Shown here one piece after another: positions 1 through 9,834 of a DNA stretch of 64,000 bases. This DNA is from Candidatus Uhrbacteria bacterium. Its GTDB lineage: Bacteria > Patescibacteriota > Patescibacteriia > JACPHY01. Under the pieces are notes generated by a model. That model saw nothing but the letters and a program-made list of their open reading frames with translations, ran no database searches and was not told the origin of the DNA. Position 1 is the first letter of the stretch. Each line of letters begins with the position of its first letter. Where the stretch lies: assembly GCA_016188355.1 (NCBI GenBank), contig JACPHY010000001.1, positions 38,125 through 102,124 on the forward strand. Direction: 5' to 3'. A program made the translations under genes and the position numbers.

Positions 1-61
1 TCCGCGAGCAGCGTGCCGCCATCATGCGCGGCGCGCGGAGTACCCCGGCGCAGATGCGGGA

Positions 62-1000
62 ATGGTTTTCACGTTTTTGAGTTATGCTCCGGGTATGTCC
101 GTTGCCGTTGCCACAGCAGGCGTAGTGCTGCCTCGTATGTCGACGACCACATGTTCGCCGCCCTGGGATGTGGTGGCGATCACGGTGAATTACCGCATGC
201 GCGATGAGGTGTTAGCGATGCTGCAGTCGCTCTACCGCGATTGCGCGGGGAGCGCGCTGCGCGTGCAGCCGGTGGTGGTGGACAATGCCTCGAATGATGG
301 CATTGCTCGTGCGGTGGCATCGCAGTTTCGCGGCATGCAACCAGAACCGATCGTCGTGCATGCTCCCCGGAATCTGGGGTTTGGGCGTGGAAATAATCTT
401 GCGCTGCGTCAATTTCGCGCACAGTATTACTTTCTCGTGAATCCTGATCTCCGATTTCTCGCATCGTCACCTGGAACCATTGCGCAGCTCCATGCCTTCA
501 TGGAAGCACGGTCAGAAATCGGAGCAGTGGCGCCGCGGCTCCAGCTGCCGGATGGATCCCTGCAGCCATCCTGCATGCGATTTCCGGAACTGATGGATCA
601 GCCGGTGCACCGACTGAATCTGCATCATCATTTTGCGTGGGCGCGGCGTCGCGTGGAGCGGCTCCACATGATGGATATCGATCACACGCAGACCCGCCCC
701 GTTGATTGGGCGACGGGTGCGGCGCTGCTCCTCCGCGCAGACGCTCTTCGGGATGTGGGGCACTTTGATGAGCGCTATTTCATGTATTTTGAGGATTGTG
801 ATCTCTGCCGCACCTGTTGGCATCGGGGGTGGCCGGTGTACTACAAGGGCGATATCGTGATTTCGCATGGGCATGCGCGATCCTCAGCAAAAATTCCCGG
901 ACTGCGGTCACTGCTCGTGAATCCGTTGACCCGAGCACATTTGAAGAGTTTGCTCCAATACGCCTGGAAGTGGCGCGGATCGCGGGTGGGTTGCTCGTGA
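62..1000 (+). CDS. Glycosyltransferase family 2 (rhamnosyltransferase-like). Start uncertain: ATG at 137 also possible, and the frame is open to the window edge.
   Basis: Translation shows GT2 motifs (VVAITVNY..., NPDLRFL, DWATGAALLLRADALRDVGHFDERYFMYFEDCDLCRTCWHRGWPVYY). Lies upstream of rml genes. Confidence 0.6.
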   Translation: MVFTFLSYAPGMSVAVATAGVVLPRMSTTTCSPPWDVVAITVNYRMRDEVLAMLQSLYRDCAGSALRVQPVVVDNASNDGIARAVASQFRGMQPEPIVVHAPRNLGFGRGNNLALRQFRAQYYFLVNPDLRFLASSPGTIAQLHAFMEARSEIGAVAPRLQLPDGSLQPSCMRFPELMDQPVHRLNLHHHFAWARRRVERLHMMDIDHTQTRPVDWATGAALLLRADALRDVGHFDERYFMYFEDCDLCRTCWHRGWPVYYKGDIVISHGHARSSAKIPGLRSLLVNPLTRAHLKSLLQYAWKWRGSRVGCS

Positions 1001-1029
1001 GTCAGCGATATGCGAGCATAGAGGCGCAA

Positions 1030-1063
1030 TCCCTGGCGCGAAAGCGATTTTTGCAGAGGTCTC
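1030..1063 (+). repeat. Partial copy (right-hand ~34 bp including the terminal inverted repeat) of the MITE-like element family seen full-length at 12677-12838 and 59370-59531.
   Basis: tccctggcgcgaaagcgatttttgcagaggtctc matches the right end of the 162-bp element. Ends 1 nt before ATG 1065. Confidence 0.6.
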
Positions 1064-1064
1064 T

Positions 1065-2228
1065 ATGCGAAAGGCACTCATCACTGCCGGAGGTCGTGCG
1101 ACGCGTCTCCGCCCGATCACGCACACGATGAATAAGCACCTCATCCCACTTGCGGGGAAGCCGATGATCGTGCATGTCATTGAGAAAATCGTCGAGGCGG
1201 GTATCACGGAGATCATTGTGAATGTGAATCCGGGCGATCGTGAGCTGCCCAAATTGCTCGGCGATGGGGGCCGGTGGGGCGCTTCGGTGCGGTGCGTGGA
1301 GCAAACGGGCGGCCCGCTGGGGCTTGGGCACATCCTCCGTGTAGCGGAACCGTATATCGGGGCAGAGCCGTTCCTCTTTTATTTGGGGGACAACATCATC
1401 CTCGGGAGCATTCGTCGGTTCGTGGAACGGTTCCGCGCCGAGCGGTTGGATTGTTTGCTCGCGCTTGCCCGCGTGCCCGATCCGCAGCGGTTCGGGGTAC
1501 CCGAATTACGTGACGGGCGTATTGTGCGGGTGGAGGAAAAACCGAGCGCACCGAAGAGCCCGTATGCGGTGACGGGGATCTACCTCTATCAGCCCGTGGT
1601 CTTTGATGCGGCGCGCGCGATTACGCCGTCCGCACGCGGGGAATTGGAGATTTCCGACGTGCATACGTGGCTCATTGAACGCGGCCACGCGGTTGGGTAC
1701 GAAGAGATAACGGGGTGGTGGAAGGACACGGGCAAACCGCAAGACCTCCTCGAGGGCAATCAGCTGCTCCTCGGTGAGCCATCGTTTCAATCGTCCATTG
1801 GCGACGCCAGCATTGCGGAGGGCGCCGTACTGCAGGGTCGTGTGCGGTTGGGTGCGGGAACGCGCATTGAGGGGCGATCCCTGATTCGCGGCCCCGTGGT
1901 CATTGGTGCGCGTTGCGTGATTCGTGACAGCTACATTGGGCCCTACACCACGATTGGCGATGAGGTGACGGTGATCGACACCGAAGTGGAGCACGCGATC
2001 GTTTTTGACGGCGCGCAGATTACCGCAGGGCGCCGTGTGGTCGATAGCATCATTGGCACGCAGGCATGCGCGTGCTCATCCTGGGGGGATCAGGGATGCT
2101 GGGTGGATACCTGCGCCGTGCGTTTGCCGATGCGGAGGTGCTCGCATGGGGACGGGCGGAGTGCGATGTCACGGATTGCGCTACGATCGCGCCGCTCATC
2201 GCGGCCGCACGGCCGGATGTGGTGGTAA
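1065..2228 (+). CDS. rmlA: Glucose-1-phosphate thymidylyltransferase, long form (RmlA-like nucleotidyltransferase with C-terminal left-handed beta-helix). The 3' ~160 nt overlaps rmlD in another frame and translates to low-plausibility sequence.
   Basis: N-terminus MRKALITAGGRATRLRPITHTMNKHLIPLAGKPMIVHVIEKIVEAGITEIIV... is typical of actinomycete-type long RmlA. LbH hexapeptide repeats in the C-terminal half. Confidence 0.7.
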   Translation: MRKALITAGGRATRLRPITHTMNKHLIPLAGKPMIVHVIEKIVEAGITEIIVNVNPGDRELPKLLGDGGRWGASVRCVEQTGGPLGLGHILRVAEPYIGAEPFLFYLGDNIILGSIRRFVERFRAERLDCLLALARVPDPQRFGVPELRDGRIVRVEEKPSAPKSPYAVTGIYLYQPVVFDAARAITPSARGELEISDVHTWLIERGHAVGYEEITGWWKDTGKPQDLLEGNQLLLGEPSFQSSIGDASIAEGAVLQGRVRLGAGTRIEGRSLIRGPVVIGARCVIRDSYIGPYTTIGDEVTVIDTEVEHAIVFDGAQITAGRRVVDSIIGTQACACSSWGDQGCWVDTCAVRLPMRRCSHGDGRSAMSRIALRSRRSSRPHGRMWW

Positions 2229-2956
2229 ATGCGACCGGCTATACGGCCGTAGATCGCGCAGAGGGAGATCGGCAGGGTGCGGAGCTCCTGAATGCGGTGG
2301 CCGTGGCTGCACTGGCGGAGGCGAGTGCGATGGTGGGTGCGGTATTTGTGCACTGTTCGACGGATTACGTATTCGACGGGACACGATCACAGGGATGGGG
2401 TGAGCACGATACGCCGAATCCGTTGAGTGTCTACGGGTGTTCTAAATTACGCGGAGAGGAACAGGTGCAGTCCATTGCGGAACAGTATCCGGGATGGCGA
2501 TGGTACATCGTCCGAACGTCGCGGCTCTTCGGCGATCCTGGTCGTTCGGAATCGGCGAAGCGTCCCTTTCTTGCATCGATTTTCGCGCGAGCGGAAACGC
2601 AGGATCGCATCGAAGTGATAGATGCGGATATGGCGTCGCCGACGTATGTTGACGATCTCGCGCGTGCCATTGCGGAGCTCGTGTTAGCGCGCGTCGCTTC
2701 GGGCATCTACCATCGGACGAACGACGGTGCCTGTACGTGGTATGGATTCGCGCGATCGGCATTGGCGCGGGTGGGGTGGAAGGGGGTTGTACTGCCGATT
2801 CCTCCGAGCCAATACGCACGACCCGCACCGCGTCCTGCGTATTCCGTGCTGCGTACGACGAAACTGCCGCCCCTGCGGCCCTGGGAATCCGCGTTGCAGG
2901 AATACCTCGCCATGAGTCCATCTGCCCTGCAGCTTCGGAGTCTTCAAGTCCGGTGA
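2066..2956 (+). CDS. rmlD: dTDP-4-dehydrorhamnose reductase
   Basis: MRVLILGGSGMLG...VVVNATGYTAVDRAE...HCSTDYVFDG...YGCSKLRGE matches the RmlD/RfbD Rossmann NAD(P)-binding and catalytic YxxxK pattern. Confidence 0.8.
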   Translation: MRVLILGGSGMLGGYLRRAFADAEVLAWGRAECDVTDCATIAPLIAAARPDVVVNATGYTAVDRAEGDRQGAELLNAVAVAALAEASAMVGAVFVHCSTDYVFDGTRSQGWGEHDTPNPLSVYGCSKLRGEEQVQSIAEQYPGWRWYIVRTSRLFGDPGRSESAKRPFLASIFARAETQDRIEVIDADMASPTYVDDLARAIAELVLARVASGIYHRTNDGACTWYGFARSALARVGWKGVVLPIPPSQYARPAPRPAYSVLRTTKLPPLRPWESALQEYLAMSPSALQLRSLQVR

Positions 2957-4300
2957 TCACTGGAGCGGCAAGATCCACAGCCCCGCGGTGGTACCGCGAC
3001 GACCGGAAATGAGGAGCGCGGTGCCATGGGCTTGTACGGTGATATGGTGGATCACGTCGAATGCAGCGAGCGGAATGGTGATGGGGCGATCGGGTTCGCT
3101 GGTACGGGTGGCGGCGATATCGCGTCCAGTCGCAAAGAACACGTAGGGTGCGGATGGATGCCAAATGGCGTCCACGATCGGCGTTTCTCGTCGCGCGAGG
3201 AGCGCGGGAGGATTGGGGTCGTGCGTCGCCCAGAGCTCGAATGGATTGGTCCACCAAATTTCCCCTGCATGCTCTGGATGGAGACGAGAGAGGAGATGGG
3301 GTTGTGTGCGGGAGGTGCCAGTACGGAGATCAATGGTGATGCGTTGCGCTGGACCTTCGGCGTGCAGCTCGACCGTACGATCCGTCGCCTTCGTGATGGC
3401 GGTGATACGGGTGCGGGGCGGCAATGCCGCGATCGGTTGTGGAGCATCGCCATTGAGCGGCCATGCGTGGACTGTGGCATCCGCTACGGTGTACATCGTG
3501 GTGCGGGTGGCGCCAAATGGAGTGGTGGGCGCAGGAACGGGGAGCGCGGTCGCTCGTCCGGTGGTGCGATGGATGCGATACAGGGTGCGGTTGCTCACCG
3601 CAAGAATGCCGAGGGTGTCGCCGAGTTCCCACTGGATGATCGATGGGAATGCGGGGAGGCTCGCGTGGAGCGTGACGACCCGTTGCGGGTCGGCGGGGTT
3701 GATGAGCAATGCCGTCGTTGGGGTCGTCACCAGCACGAGTGCGCCGGTGGGTGACCAGGTGGTGGTCAGTGGTGCGCGTGGGAGCTCCGGGTGCGCGGGC
3801 TGTGGAGTACGGAGCACGATGCGGCTCTCGAGGGTGCGGAGATCGAGCATCCAGAGCTCGGTGAAGCTCGGGGTATATCGGAGGAATGATGCCCAGCGTT
3901 GGTCCGCGCTCGTCGAGAGTGCCGTGACGTCCCCCGATTGGAGGAGCAGGGGTGCGGTGTCGCGGATGAGGAGCATGTCTCGAAGGAAGGATGCTCTTCC
4001 GTTCGTGACCGTGACCCGCTCCTCAATGGGGTGAAATCCTTCCCGTTCGACGCGGACGGTATAGGTGTTCGCTCCGATGCCACCAATATGGGCAGGGAGA
4101 CGTTGTGCGCGAATGGATCCATTGATGCGCACAATGGCATCAGTGGGAGTGCCATCGATCACCAGGAGGCCGGTCGTTTCGAGACGCCGCTTTCCCGGGT
4201 GATACCGGTATCCCATGCTGTAGAGTGCAAGCATGGGCGCGACAACCAAAAAGAGTACAATGAAGGCGAAATAGATGGTGCGACGAATCCAGAGTGGCAC
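2957..4300 (-). CDS. Membrane-anchored hypothetical protein with N-terminal TM helix and PEGA domain, followed by a beta-rich Thr/Pro-rich domain (GTG start).
   Basis: N-terminal hydrophobic segment IYFAFIVLFLVVAPMLALY. PEGA-like LVIDGTPTDAIVRINGSIR...TYTVRVEREGFHPIEERVTV. Confidence 0.55.
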   Translation of the reverse strand: MPLWIRRTIYFAFIVLFLVVAPMLALYSMGYRYHPGKRRLETTGLLVIDGTPTDAIVRINGSIRAQRLPAHIGGIGANTYTVRVEREGFHPIEERVTVTNGRASFLRDMLLIRDTAPLLLQSGDVTALSTSADQRWASFLRYTPSFTELWMLDLRTLESRIVLRTPQPAHPELPRAPLTTTWSPTGALVLVTTPTTALLINPADPQRVVTLHASLPAFPSIIQWELGDTLGILAVSNRTLYRIHRTTGRATALPVPAPTTPFGATRTTMYTVADATVHAWPLNGDAPQPIAALPPRTRITAITKATDRTVELHAEGPAQRITIDLRTGTSRTQPHLLSRLHPEHAGEIWWTNPFELWATHDPNPPALLARRETPIVDAIWHPSAPYVFFATGRDIAATRTSEPDRPITIPLAAFDVIHHITVQAHGTALLISGRRGTTAGLWILPLQ

Positions 4301-4306
4301 AAATGA

Positions 4307-5668
4307 ATGACGGAAGAGTGTATCTTCAGCTTACCTTACATGCGTTTTCTCATCGATGGCCCTACTACAATTCACGGTAGCATTTCGGTCGCGGGGGCGA
4401 AGAATGCGGCGCTCCCGTTTCTTGCGGCATCCATTCTCCTGGATGCGCCGTTGGAAGTGCATCGGGTACCGATGATTGAGGATGTGCACCGCATGCTCGA
4501 GATCGCGCATCGGCTTGGAATAGCGATTGATGCGGTCGCTCCTGGTGTCTATCGGCTTACTGCTGCTGGATGTACGACGAGCGAGCTTCCTGCAGACCTG
4601 ACCCCGAAGCTGCGCGCGGCAATTATTTTTACGGGACCGCTGCTCGCGCGTTGGGGATCGACGGTGCTCCCGCAGCCCGGAGGATGCACGATTGGTCAGC
4701 GTCCGATCGATCTTTTTTTAGATGGATTCCGCGCATTCGGAGTAACCGTCACCGAGGAGGCGGCAGGGACTCGATTTACGGGGAAGCCGCGATCGGCACG
4801 ATACGTATTTCCGTTGGTGAGCGTGACCGGTACCGAGACGCTGCTCTTGCTCGCCGTGCGAACGCCCGGAGTTTCGGTGCTCGAGAATGCGGCCATGGAA
4901 CCCGAGGTGACCGCACTGGCGCAATTGCTCCAATCCTGCGGCGCGCATATCGAAGGGATCGGCACGCCCACGCTGGTGATTCGCGGCGTGGAGCATCTTT
5001 CGGGTGGGGTGGTGACCTGTATTCCGGATCGCATTGAGACGGGTGCGTTCGCGGCGCTGGTCGCCGCATGCGGCGGGTCGCTCGAAATTCGTGATTGTGA
5101 TCCCACGCAAATAGCGGTTCCCCTCAAACTCCTCGAGGACATGGGGGCAACCATTGCGACCGATGCCACTGCCGGAGTCATCCGCATCAGCGCGCAACTG
5201 CCGTTGCGTGCGATTTCCATTCGGACCCATGAATACCCGGGATTGCCGACGGATCTGCAGCCGCCGTTCACGGTCGCACTCACCCAGGCGAGTGGGCTGG
5301 CGTTGGTGCATGAAACGATTTACGAGGGTCGTCTGTTCTACGTTGATAAATTGAACAAGATGGGGGCGAATATTACCTTATGCGATCCGCATCGTTGCCT
5401 CGTGGCGGGGCCTCGTCCGCTGCACGGTGCGCGTCTCGAATCGCCGGATATCCGTGCTGGTATCGCGCTCCTCATTGCTGCCGCATGCGCGACTGGTCGG
5501 AGCGTCATTGAAAACGTGTACCAAATTGATCGAGGGTTTGAGCGCATTGAGGAGCGCCTTCGGGATATCGGGGTGCGTATTCAGCGAGAAGAAGAGGGGG
5601 CACACCAGCCTAGTGCGCCCATCGCACTGCCTGATTCTCGATCGCCGCAGGGGGTGGTAGGCTACTAG
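4307..5668 (+). CDS. murA: UDP-N-acetylglucosamine 1-carboxyvinyltransferase (start possibly ATG 4340)
   Basis: MRFLIDGPTTIHGSISVAGAKNAALPFLAASILLDAPLEVHRVP... is the canonical MurA N-terminus. Full-length ~440 aa. Confidence 0.9.
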   Translation: MTEECIFSLPYMRFLIDGPTTIHGSISVAGAKNAALPFLAASILLDAPLEVHRVPMIEDVHRMLEIAHRLGIAIDAVAPGVYRLTAAGCTTSELPADLTPKLRAAIIFTGPLLARWGSTVLPQPGGCTIGQRPIDLFLDGFRAFGVTVTEEAAGTRFTGKPRSARYVFPLVSVTGTETLLLLAVRTPGVSVLENAAMEPEVTALAQLLQSCGAHIEGIGTPTLVIRGVEHLSGGVVTCIPDRIETGAFAALVAACGGSLEIRDCDPTQIAVPLKLLEDMGATIATDATAGVIRISAQLPLRAISIRTHEYPGLPTDLQPPFTVALTQASGLALVHETIYEGRLFYVDKLNKMGANITLCDPHRCLVAGPRPLHGARLESPDIRAGIALLIAAACATGRSVIENVYQIDRGFERIEERLRDIGVRIQREEEGAHQPSAPIALPDSRSPQGVVGY

Positions 5669-5680
5669 GGAGCTCCACAT

Positions 5681-6934
5681 ATGTTCGCGCGTGCGCCTCG
5701 ACGATTCCTTGCGGCTTTGGCGCTGGTTGCATTAGCAACCGGTAGCTTTGTTGCGGGATATGTCGTTCGGGAGCGCGAACAGGCGGGTGGGCGGGATCGC
5801 TCGGGCGAGATGCGGGTCGTGAACCGGGACGCGTTGCGTCCACCGCAGGTGCGGCAGCTTGATTTTCAGCTGTTTTGGGATCTCTGGACGTTGATTGATC
5901 GTGATTATCTCCGACAACCCGTGACGGATGATCGGCTGCTCTACGGCGCGCTCGCAGGCATGGTGGAGCATCTGGATGACCCCTACTCTGCATTTTTTGA
6001 TCCGGAGCACGCAAAATTATTCCGTCAGGATCTCGTGGGTCAGCTCGAGGGTATCGGGGCGGAAATTGGGATTAAGGAAAAACAATTGACGGTGATTGCT
6101 CCGCTCCCCGGCAGCCCCGCAGAACGCGCGGGTCTCCGGTCAGGAGATGTGATTCTCGCGATCGATGGTACTCCGACCACCAATTTGACGCTCGAGGAGG
6201 CGGTGGCACGGATTCGCGGATCCAAGGGATCCTCCGTGATACTCCTCATCCGTTCCCATGCGCAACGAGTGCCTCGTGAGGTGACCATCGTGCGTGATGT
6301 GGTGCACATCCAGAGCGTGGCGCATCGCACGATGACGCGGAACGGAAAAACGATTGGCGTGGTGACGATCGCGCAATTCAATGCGGATGCTGTCGAACGT
6401 CTCGACACGGCGGTACGCGAGCTGCTCGCGGCCAATGTGCACGGTATTGTTTTGGATTTGCGTAATAATCCAGGTGGATTTCTTCAGGCGTCGGTCGATA
6501 TTGCGGGCGAGTGGGTGGATCGCCGTGTTGTCGTCCGCGAACGCACGAATGATGGGAAAATCACCGAACATCGTTCCTCGGGCATTGCGCGCCTTGTCGC
6601 GATGCCGACGGTGGTATTGGTGAATCGGGGAACTGCATCGGCAGCGGAAATTCTCGCCGGAGCGCTGCAGGATTACACGCTCGCGGAAATTATCGGAGAA
6701 CGGACGTTCGGGAAGGGGACGGTACAGCACCTTGCCAATCTCCGCGATGGTTCTGCGGTGAAGCTGACGATTGCGGAATGGCTCACGCCGAGTGGTCGAT
6801 CGATCGAGCGCGATGGTGTGGTTCCGGACACCGCAGTGGCGATTCCTGACGGCACCGATCTCACGAAGCGAGACCCGCAAATGGATGCGGCGCTGACTGC
6901 GCTTGATGCCCGCATGCGTGGCGGTGATCGGTAG
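5681..6934 (+). CDS. ctpA: Carboxyl-terminal processing protease (S41 family, PDZ domain)
   Basis: N-terminal signal/TM. PDZ segment ([12 protein letters not shown]). S41 motifs LRNNPGGFL and [13 protein letters not shown]. Confidence 0.8.
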   Translation: MFARAPRRFLAALALVALATGSFVAGYVVREREQAGGRDRSGEMRVVNRDALRPPQVRQLDFQLFWDLWTLIDRDYLRQPVTDDRLLYGALAGMVEHLDDPYSAFFDPEHAKLFRQDLVGQLEGIGAEIGIKEKQLTVIAPLPGSPAERAGLRSGDVILAIDGTPTTNLTLEEAVARIRGSKGSSVILLIRSHAQRVPREVTIVRDVVHIQSVAHRTMTRNGKTIGVVTIAQFNADAVERLDTAVRELLAANVHGIVLDLRNNPGGFLQASVDIAGEWVDRRVVVRERTNDGKITEHRSSGIARLVAMPTVVLVNRGTASAAEILAGALQDYTLAEIIGERTFGKGTVQHLANLRDGSAVKLTIAEWLTPSGRSIERDGVVPDTAVAIPDGTDLTKRDPQMDAALTALDARMRGGDR

Positions 6935-6939
6935 CGTAT

Positions 6940-7383
6940 ATGCAGGTCATTCTGCTCCGTAATGTCGCAGGTGTCGGTAGTGAGGGAGAGACGCATGATG
7001 TTGCCGAAGGATATGCGCGGAATTTTCTCTTCCCGCAACATTTAGCGGTTCCGGCAACTCCTGCGGCGCAGCAACAGGTTGCCGCGCGCGCAGCGGCAGA
7101 GCGACGTCAGGCAGAGCGGGAATTGCAGGAGCTCCAAAAGCTCGCGGCGGCGTTGGATGGATTCGAGCTCGTCATGTCCGTTCCCGCGACCGGCGCGGGA
7201 AAACTGTACGGTGGCATTGGGGCTGCTGCATTGGTGACGGCATTGGCTCGTGCGGGATTTACGGTGGATCCCGAGTGGGTGCTGCTTCCAGAGCCCATGA
7301 AAGAAGCGGGTGAGCATGTGGTCCGTTTGCATTTGCCACATGGGTTGGAGGCCGAGGTGACGGTGGTGGTGGATGGGGAGTAA
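6940..7383 (+). CDS. rplI: 50S ribosomal protein L9
   Basis: [40 protein letters not shown]... matches the L9 N-domain consensus. ~147 aa. Confidence 0.85.
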   Translation: MQVILLRNVAGVGSEGETHDVAEGYARNFLFPQHLAVPATPAAQQQVAARAAAERRQAERELQELQKLAAALDGFELVMSVPATGAGKLYGGIGAAALVTALARAGFTVDPEWVLLPEPMKEAGEHVVRLHLPHGLEAEVTVVVDGE

Positions 7384-7562
7384 TGGCGGCGTGTTTCCCG
7401 AGGATCTGCGGGTGTGGACATGTGGCCAAGGATCCCTTGCTACGATGCATACAGGGTGGGATGTGTGTGGCGAGTTGTTTGCGGTATGACCTCCGGTCCC
7501 TGTGACAGCGGGCGTCTTTTTTATGTGTCCGCATCAAGAGGAGTGGGTTGGATGAGGGTGGT

Positions 7563-9233
7563 ATGACGAAATACATCTTTGTCGTTGGCGGAGTCATGTC
7601 GGGTGTGGGGAAGGGGACGGTCACGGCGTCGCTGGGAACAGTGCTCCAGGGGAAGGGATTCCGGGTGACCGCGATGAAAATCGATCCCTACGTCAATGTG
7701 GATGCGGGGACCATGAATCCCATCGAACATGGGGAAGTGTTCGTGACGGATGATGGTGATGAAACTGATCAGGACATCGGATCGTACGAGCGGTTTCTCG
7801 GACAATCGCTCGGGAAGGTGAACTACATGACGACGGGGCGCGTGTATCAAACCGTGATCGCGCGTGAGCGGAATCTCGAATACGAGGGACGGTGCGTTGA
7901 GGTCGTGCCGCACATCCCCGAGGAGGTCATTCGGCGCATTGATGCGTGCGCGGCGACGCGTGACGCGGAGATCGTGCTCATTGAAGTGGGGGGGACGGTG
8001 GGTGAATATCAGAATGTGCTGTTTTTGGAAGCGGCACGACTCCTGAAGTTGGAACGACCCAAAGATGTCGTGGTGATGCTCGTCTCCTATCTCCCGGTAC
8101 CAGGGCATATCGGTGAGATGAAAACAAAACCAACGCAACACGCGACGCATCTCCTCCAAGCGGCGGGGATTCAGCCGGATTTTATTGTGGCGCGCGGTGA
8201 GCGCGAGTTGGATGCACCGCGACGACGGAAGCTCTCCATGTTCTGTAACGTCGGGCCTGATGATGTGATCGCAGCTCCCGATGTGGCATCGACGTACGAG
8301 GTGCCGATCAATTTTGACCGGGAGGGGGTTGGTGATCGGGTGTTGCGCAAGTTGGGGCTTCGGCCGCGACAGCGGGATCTCTCGGCCTGGAAGGGACTGC
8401 TCGATCGCATCGCCACCGCAACTGATGAGGTCCATATTGCGGTTGCGGGGAAGTATTTTTCTACTGGGAATTTCGTCCTCTCCGATGTGTACCTTTCCGT
8501 GATCGAAGCGATTCGCCATGCGGCATGGGCGGAGGGGAAAAAACCGGTGCTCACGTGGTTGAATACGGAAGTGTACGAACAAGATGCGACGGCGCTTGCG
8601 GAATTGGATGCGTTCGACGGCGTCATTATTCCTGGGGGATTTGGCTCGCGTGGCGTTGATGGGAAAATTCGCGCGATCCAGTATCTTCGTGAACATCGCA
8701 TTCCGTACCTGGGATTGTGCTATGGCATGCAGCTCGCCTGTGTGGAGTTCGCGCGCAATGTGCTGCAGCTCCGCGGAGCACACACCACGGAAATTGATGC
8801 GGACACGAAGTACCCGGTGATTGCGCCCATGACCGATCAGATTGCGAAACTCAAGGCGGCGGCATTTGGCGGGACGATGCGGCTTGGTGCCTATGCGTGT
8901 CGGGTGCAACGGAAGACGATCGCGGCAAGTGCCTACGCAGGAACTCCTGTCGTGCAGCGCTCGTACGCGAATGGCGACCTGGTCATCGCGGAGCGTCATC
9001 GCCATCGGTACGAATTCAATAACGCATTTCGAAAGCAATTTGTGGCGGGCGGGCTGGTCATCGCCGGGGTCCATCCTGAGCGTGATCTTGTGGAGATCAT
9101 TGAGCTACCGAAAACGGTGCACCCATTCTTTGTGGGAGTGCAATACCATCCGGAGCTTATCAGTCGACCATTGCAGCCGCACCCACTCTTTGTCGCGTTC
9201 ATACGTGCGGCGGGTGCGCGAACCACATCGTGA
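7563..9233 (+). CDS. pyrG: CTP synthase (ORF is open from 7548; ATG at 7563 gives the canonical MTKYIF start)
   Basis: MTKYIFVVGGVMSGVGKGTVTASLGTVLQ... Glutamine amidotransferase domain with GLCYGMQ. Confidence 0.92.
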   Translation: MTKYIFVVGGVMSGVGKGTVTASLGTVLQGKGFRVTAMKIDPYVNVDAGTMNPIEHGEVFVTDDGDETDQDIGSYERFLGQSLGKVNYMTTGRVYQTVIARERNLEYEGRCVEVVPHIPEEVIRRIDACAATRDAEIVLIEVGGTVGEYQNVLFLEAARLLKLERPKDVVVMLVSYLPVPGHIGEMKTKPTQHATHLLQAAGIQPDFIVARGERELDAPRRRKLSMFCNVGPDDVIAAPDVASTYEVPINFDREGVGDRVLRKLGLRPRQRDLSAWKGLLDRIATATDEVHIAVAGKYFSTGNFVLSDVYLSVIEAIRHAAWAEGKKPVLTWLNTEVYEQDATALAELDAFDGVIIPGGFGSRGVDGKIRAIQYLREHRIPYLGLCYGMQLACVEFARNVLQLRGAHTTEIDADTKYPVIAPMTDQIAKLKAAAFGGTMRLGAYACRVQRKTIAASAYAGTPVVQRSYANGDLVIAERHRHRYEFNNAFRKQFVAGGLVIAGVHPERDLVEIIELPKTVHPFFVGVQYHPELISRPLQPHPLFVAFIRAAGARTTS

Positions 9234-9268
9234 TTTGGTGTGGTCGCACGAAGGTGATGACATCGTAC

Positions 9269-9296
9269 GCACCCGCCCTCCATGGAGGGCGGGTGC
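9269..9296. terminator. Perfect 12-bp-stem palindromic hairpin (gcacccgccctc/catg/gagggcgggtgc) between convergent pyrG and rpmA. Putative bidirectional terminator (no U-tract).
   Basis: Self-complementary sequence read directly. Sits between two convergent gene ends. Confidence 0.5.
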
Positions 9297-9321
9297 GTGA
9301 TGCTGGAGTAACGGAGTCCGC

Positions 9322-9615
9322 TTATGCGGCGCGTTCGGTTGCGGGGACGACCGAGATGATGCTGCGGAGGTTCCGGGTGCCGTTGAAACCAATTTTTGTG
9401 CGAGTCGTGAATCGGACGATGCCATCGGCTATGGCGAAGAGCGTGTCATCGCTCCCCATGGCCACGTTCGTTCCTGCGCGGAATTTGGTGCCGCGCTGGC
9501 GAATGATAATACCTCCGGCGCGAATGGATTCGCCGTCATTCACCTTCACGCCGAGGCGTTGTCCGTGTGAGTCGCGTCCAAGACTGGTAGAGCCGCCTGC
9601 CTTTTTATGTGCCAT
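9322..9615 (-). CDS. rpmA: 50S ribosomal protein L27
   Basis: [25 protein letters not shown]...[18 protein letters not shown] is the L27 consensus. Confidence 0.9.
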   Translation of the reverse strand: MAHKKAGGSTSLGRDSHGQRLGVKVNDGESIRAGGIIIRQRGTKFRAGTNVAMGSDDTLFAIADGIVRFTTRTKIGFNGTRNLRSIISVVPATERAA

Positions 9616-9834
9616 ACTATTGCGTGCGCGTCCTCCCGCTGCCGATCGGCGTTCGGGAATGTCTGGGGCCGGCGGGGGTGGAATTTGCCGGCGGTACCGC
9701 GCTCAATTGCGATGAGGGTATTGCATCATGGGATGGGATAACCGTCAAGTCATGCGGGGGACGGCGTACCCAAACACGTGACCATTGTGGTACGCTCTCC
9801 TCTGAGGTGCGTTGTCGCACCTGTTTCTGTATTA

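Noticed and set aside
3165-4034. 289-aa plus-strand ORF and other ORFs inside 2957-4300
   Set aside because: Antisense to the PEGA-domain membrane protein, with Arg/Gly/Ser-rich, low-complexity translation.
7384-7547. Possible intrinsic terminator/attenuator (…cagcgggcgtctttttt…) between rplI and pyrG
   Set aside because: The T-run is present but the preceding sequence does not form a convincing stem. Left unannotated as a feature; may simply be the pyrG promoter region.
7521-9074. 517-aa minus-strand ORF antisense to pyrG. Similar long antisense ORFs occur opposite dnaK (28694-30013), murG (12746-13828), recJ (57512-59068), lepA (55087-55821), the HD-CofE gene (25811-26863), ftsI (21498-22925) and the 832-aa gene (45469-46680).
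   Set aside because: High GC content suppresses stop codons on the antisense strand. The sense-strand genes have unambiguous conserved motifs, whereas the antisense translations are Arg/Pro/His-rich with no motifs.
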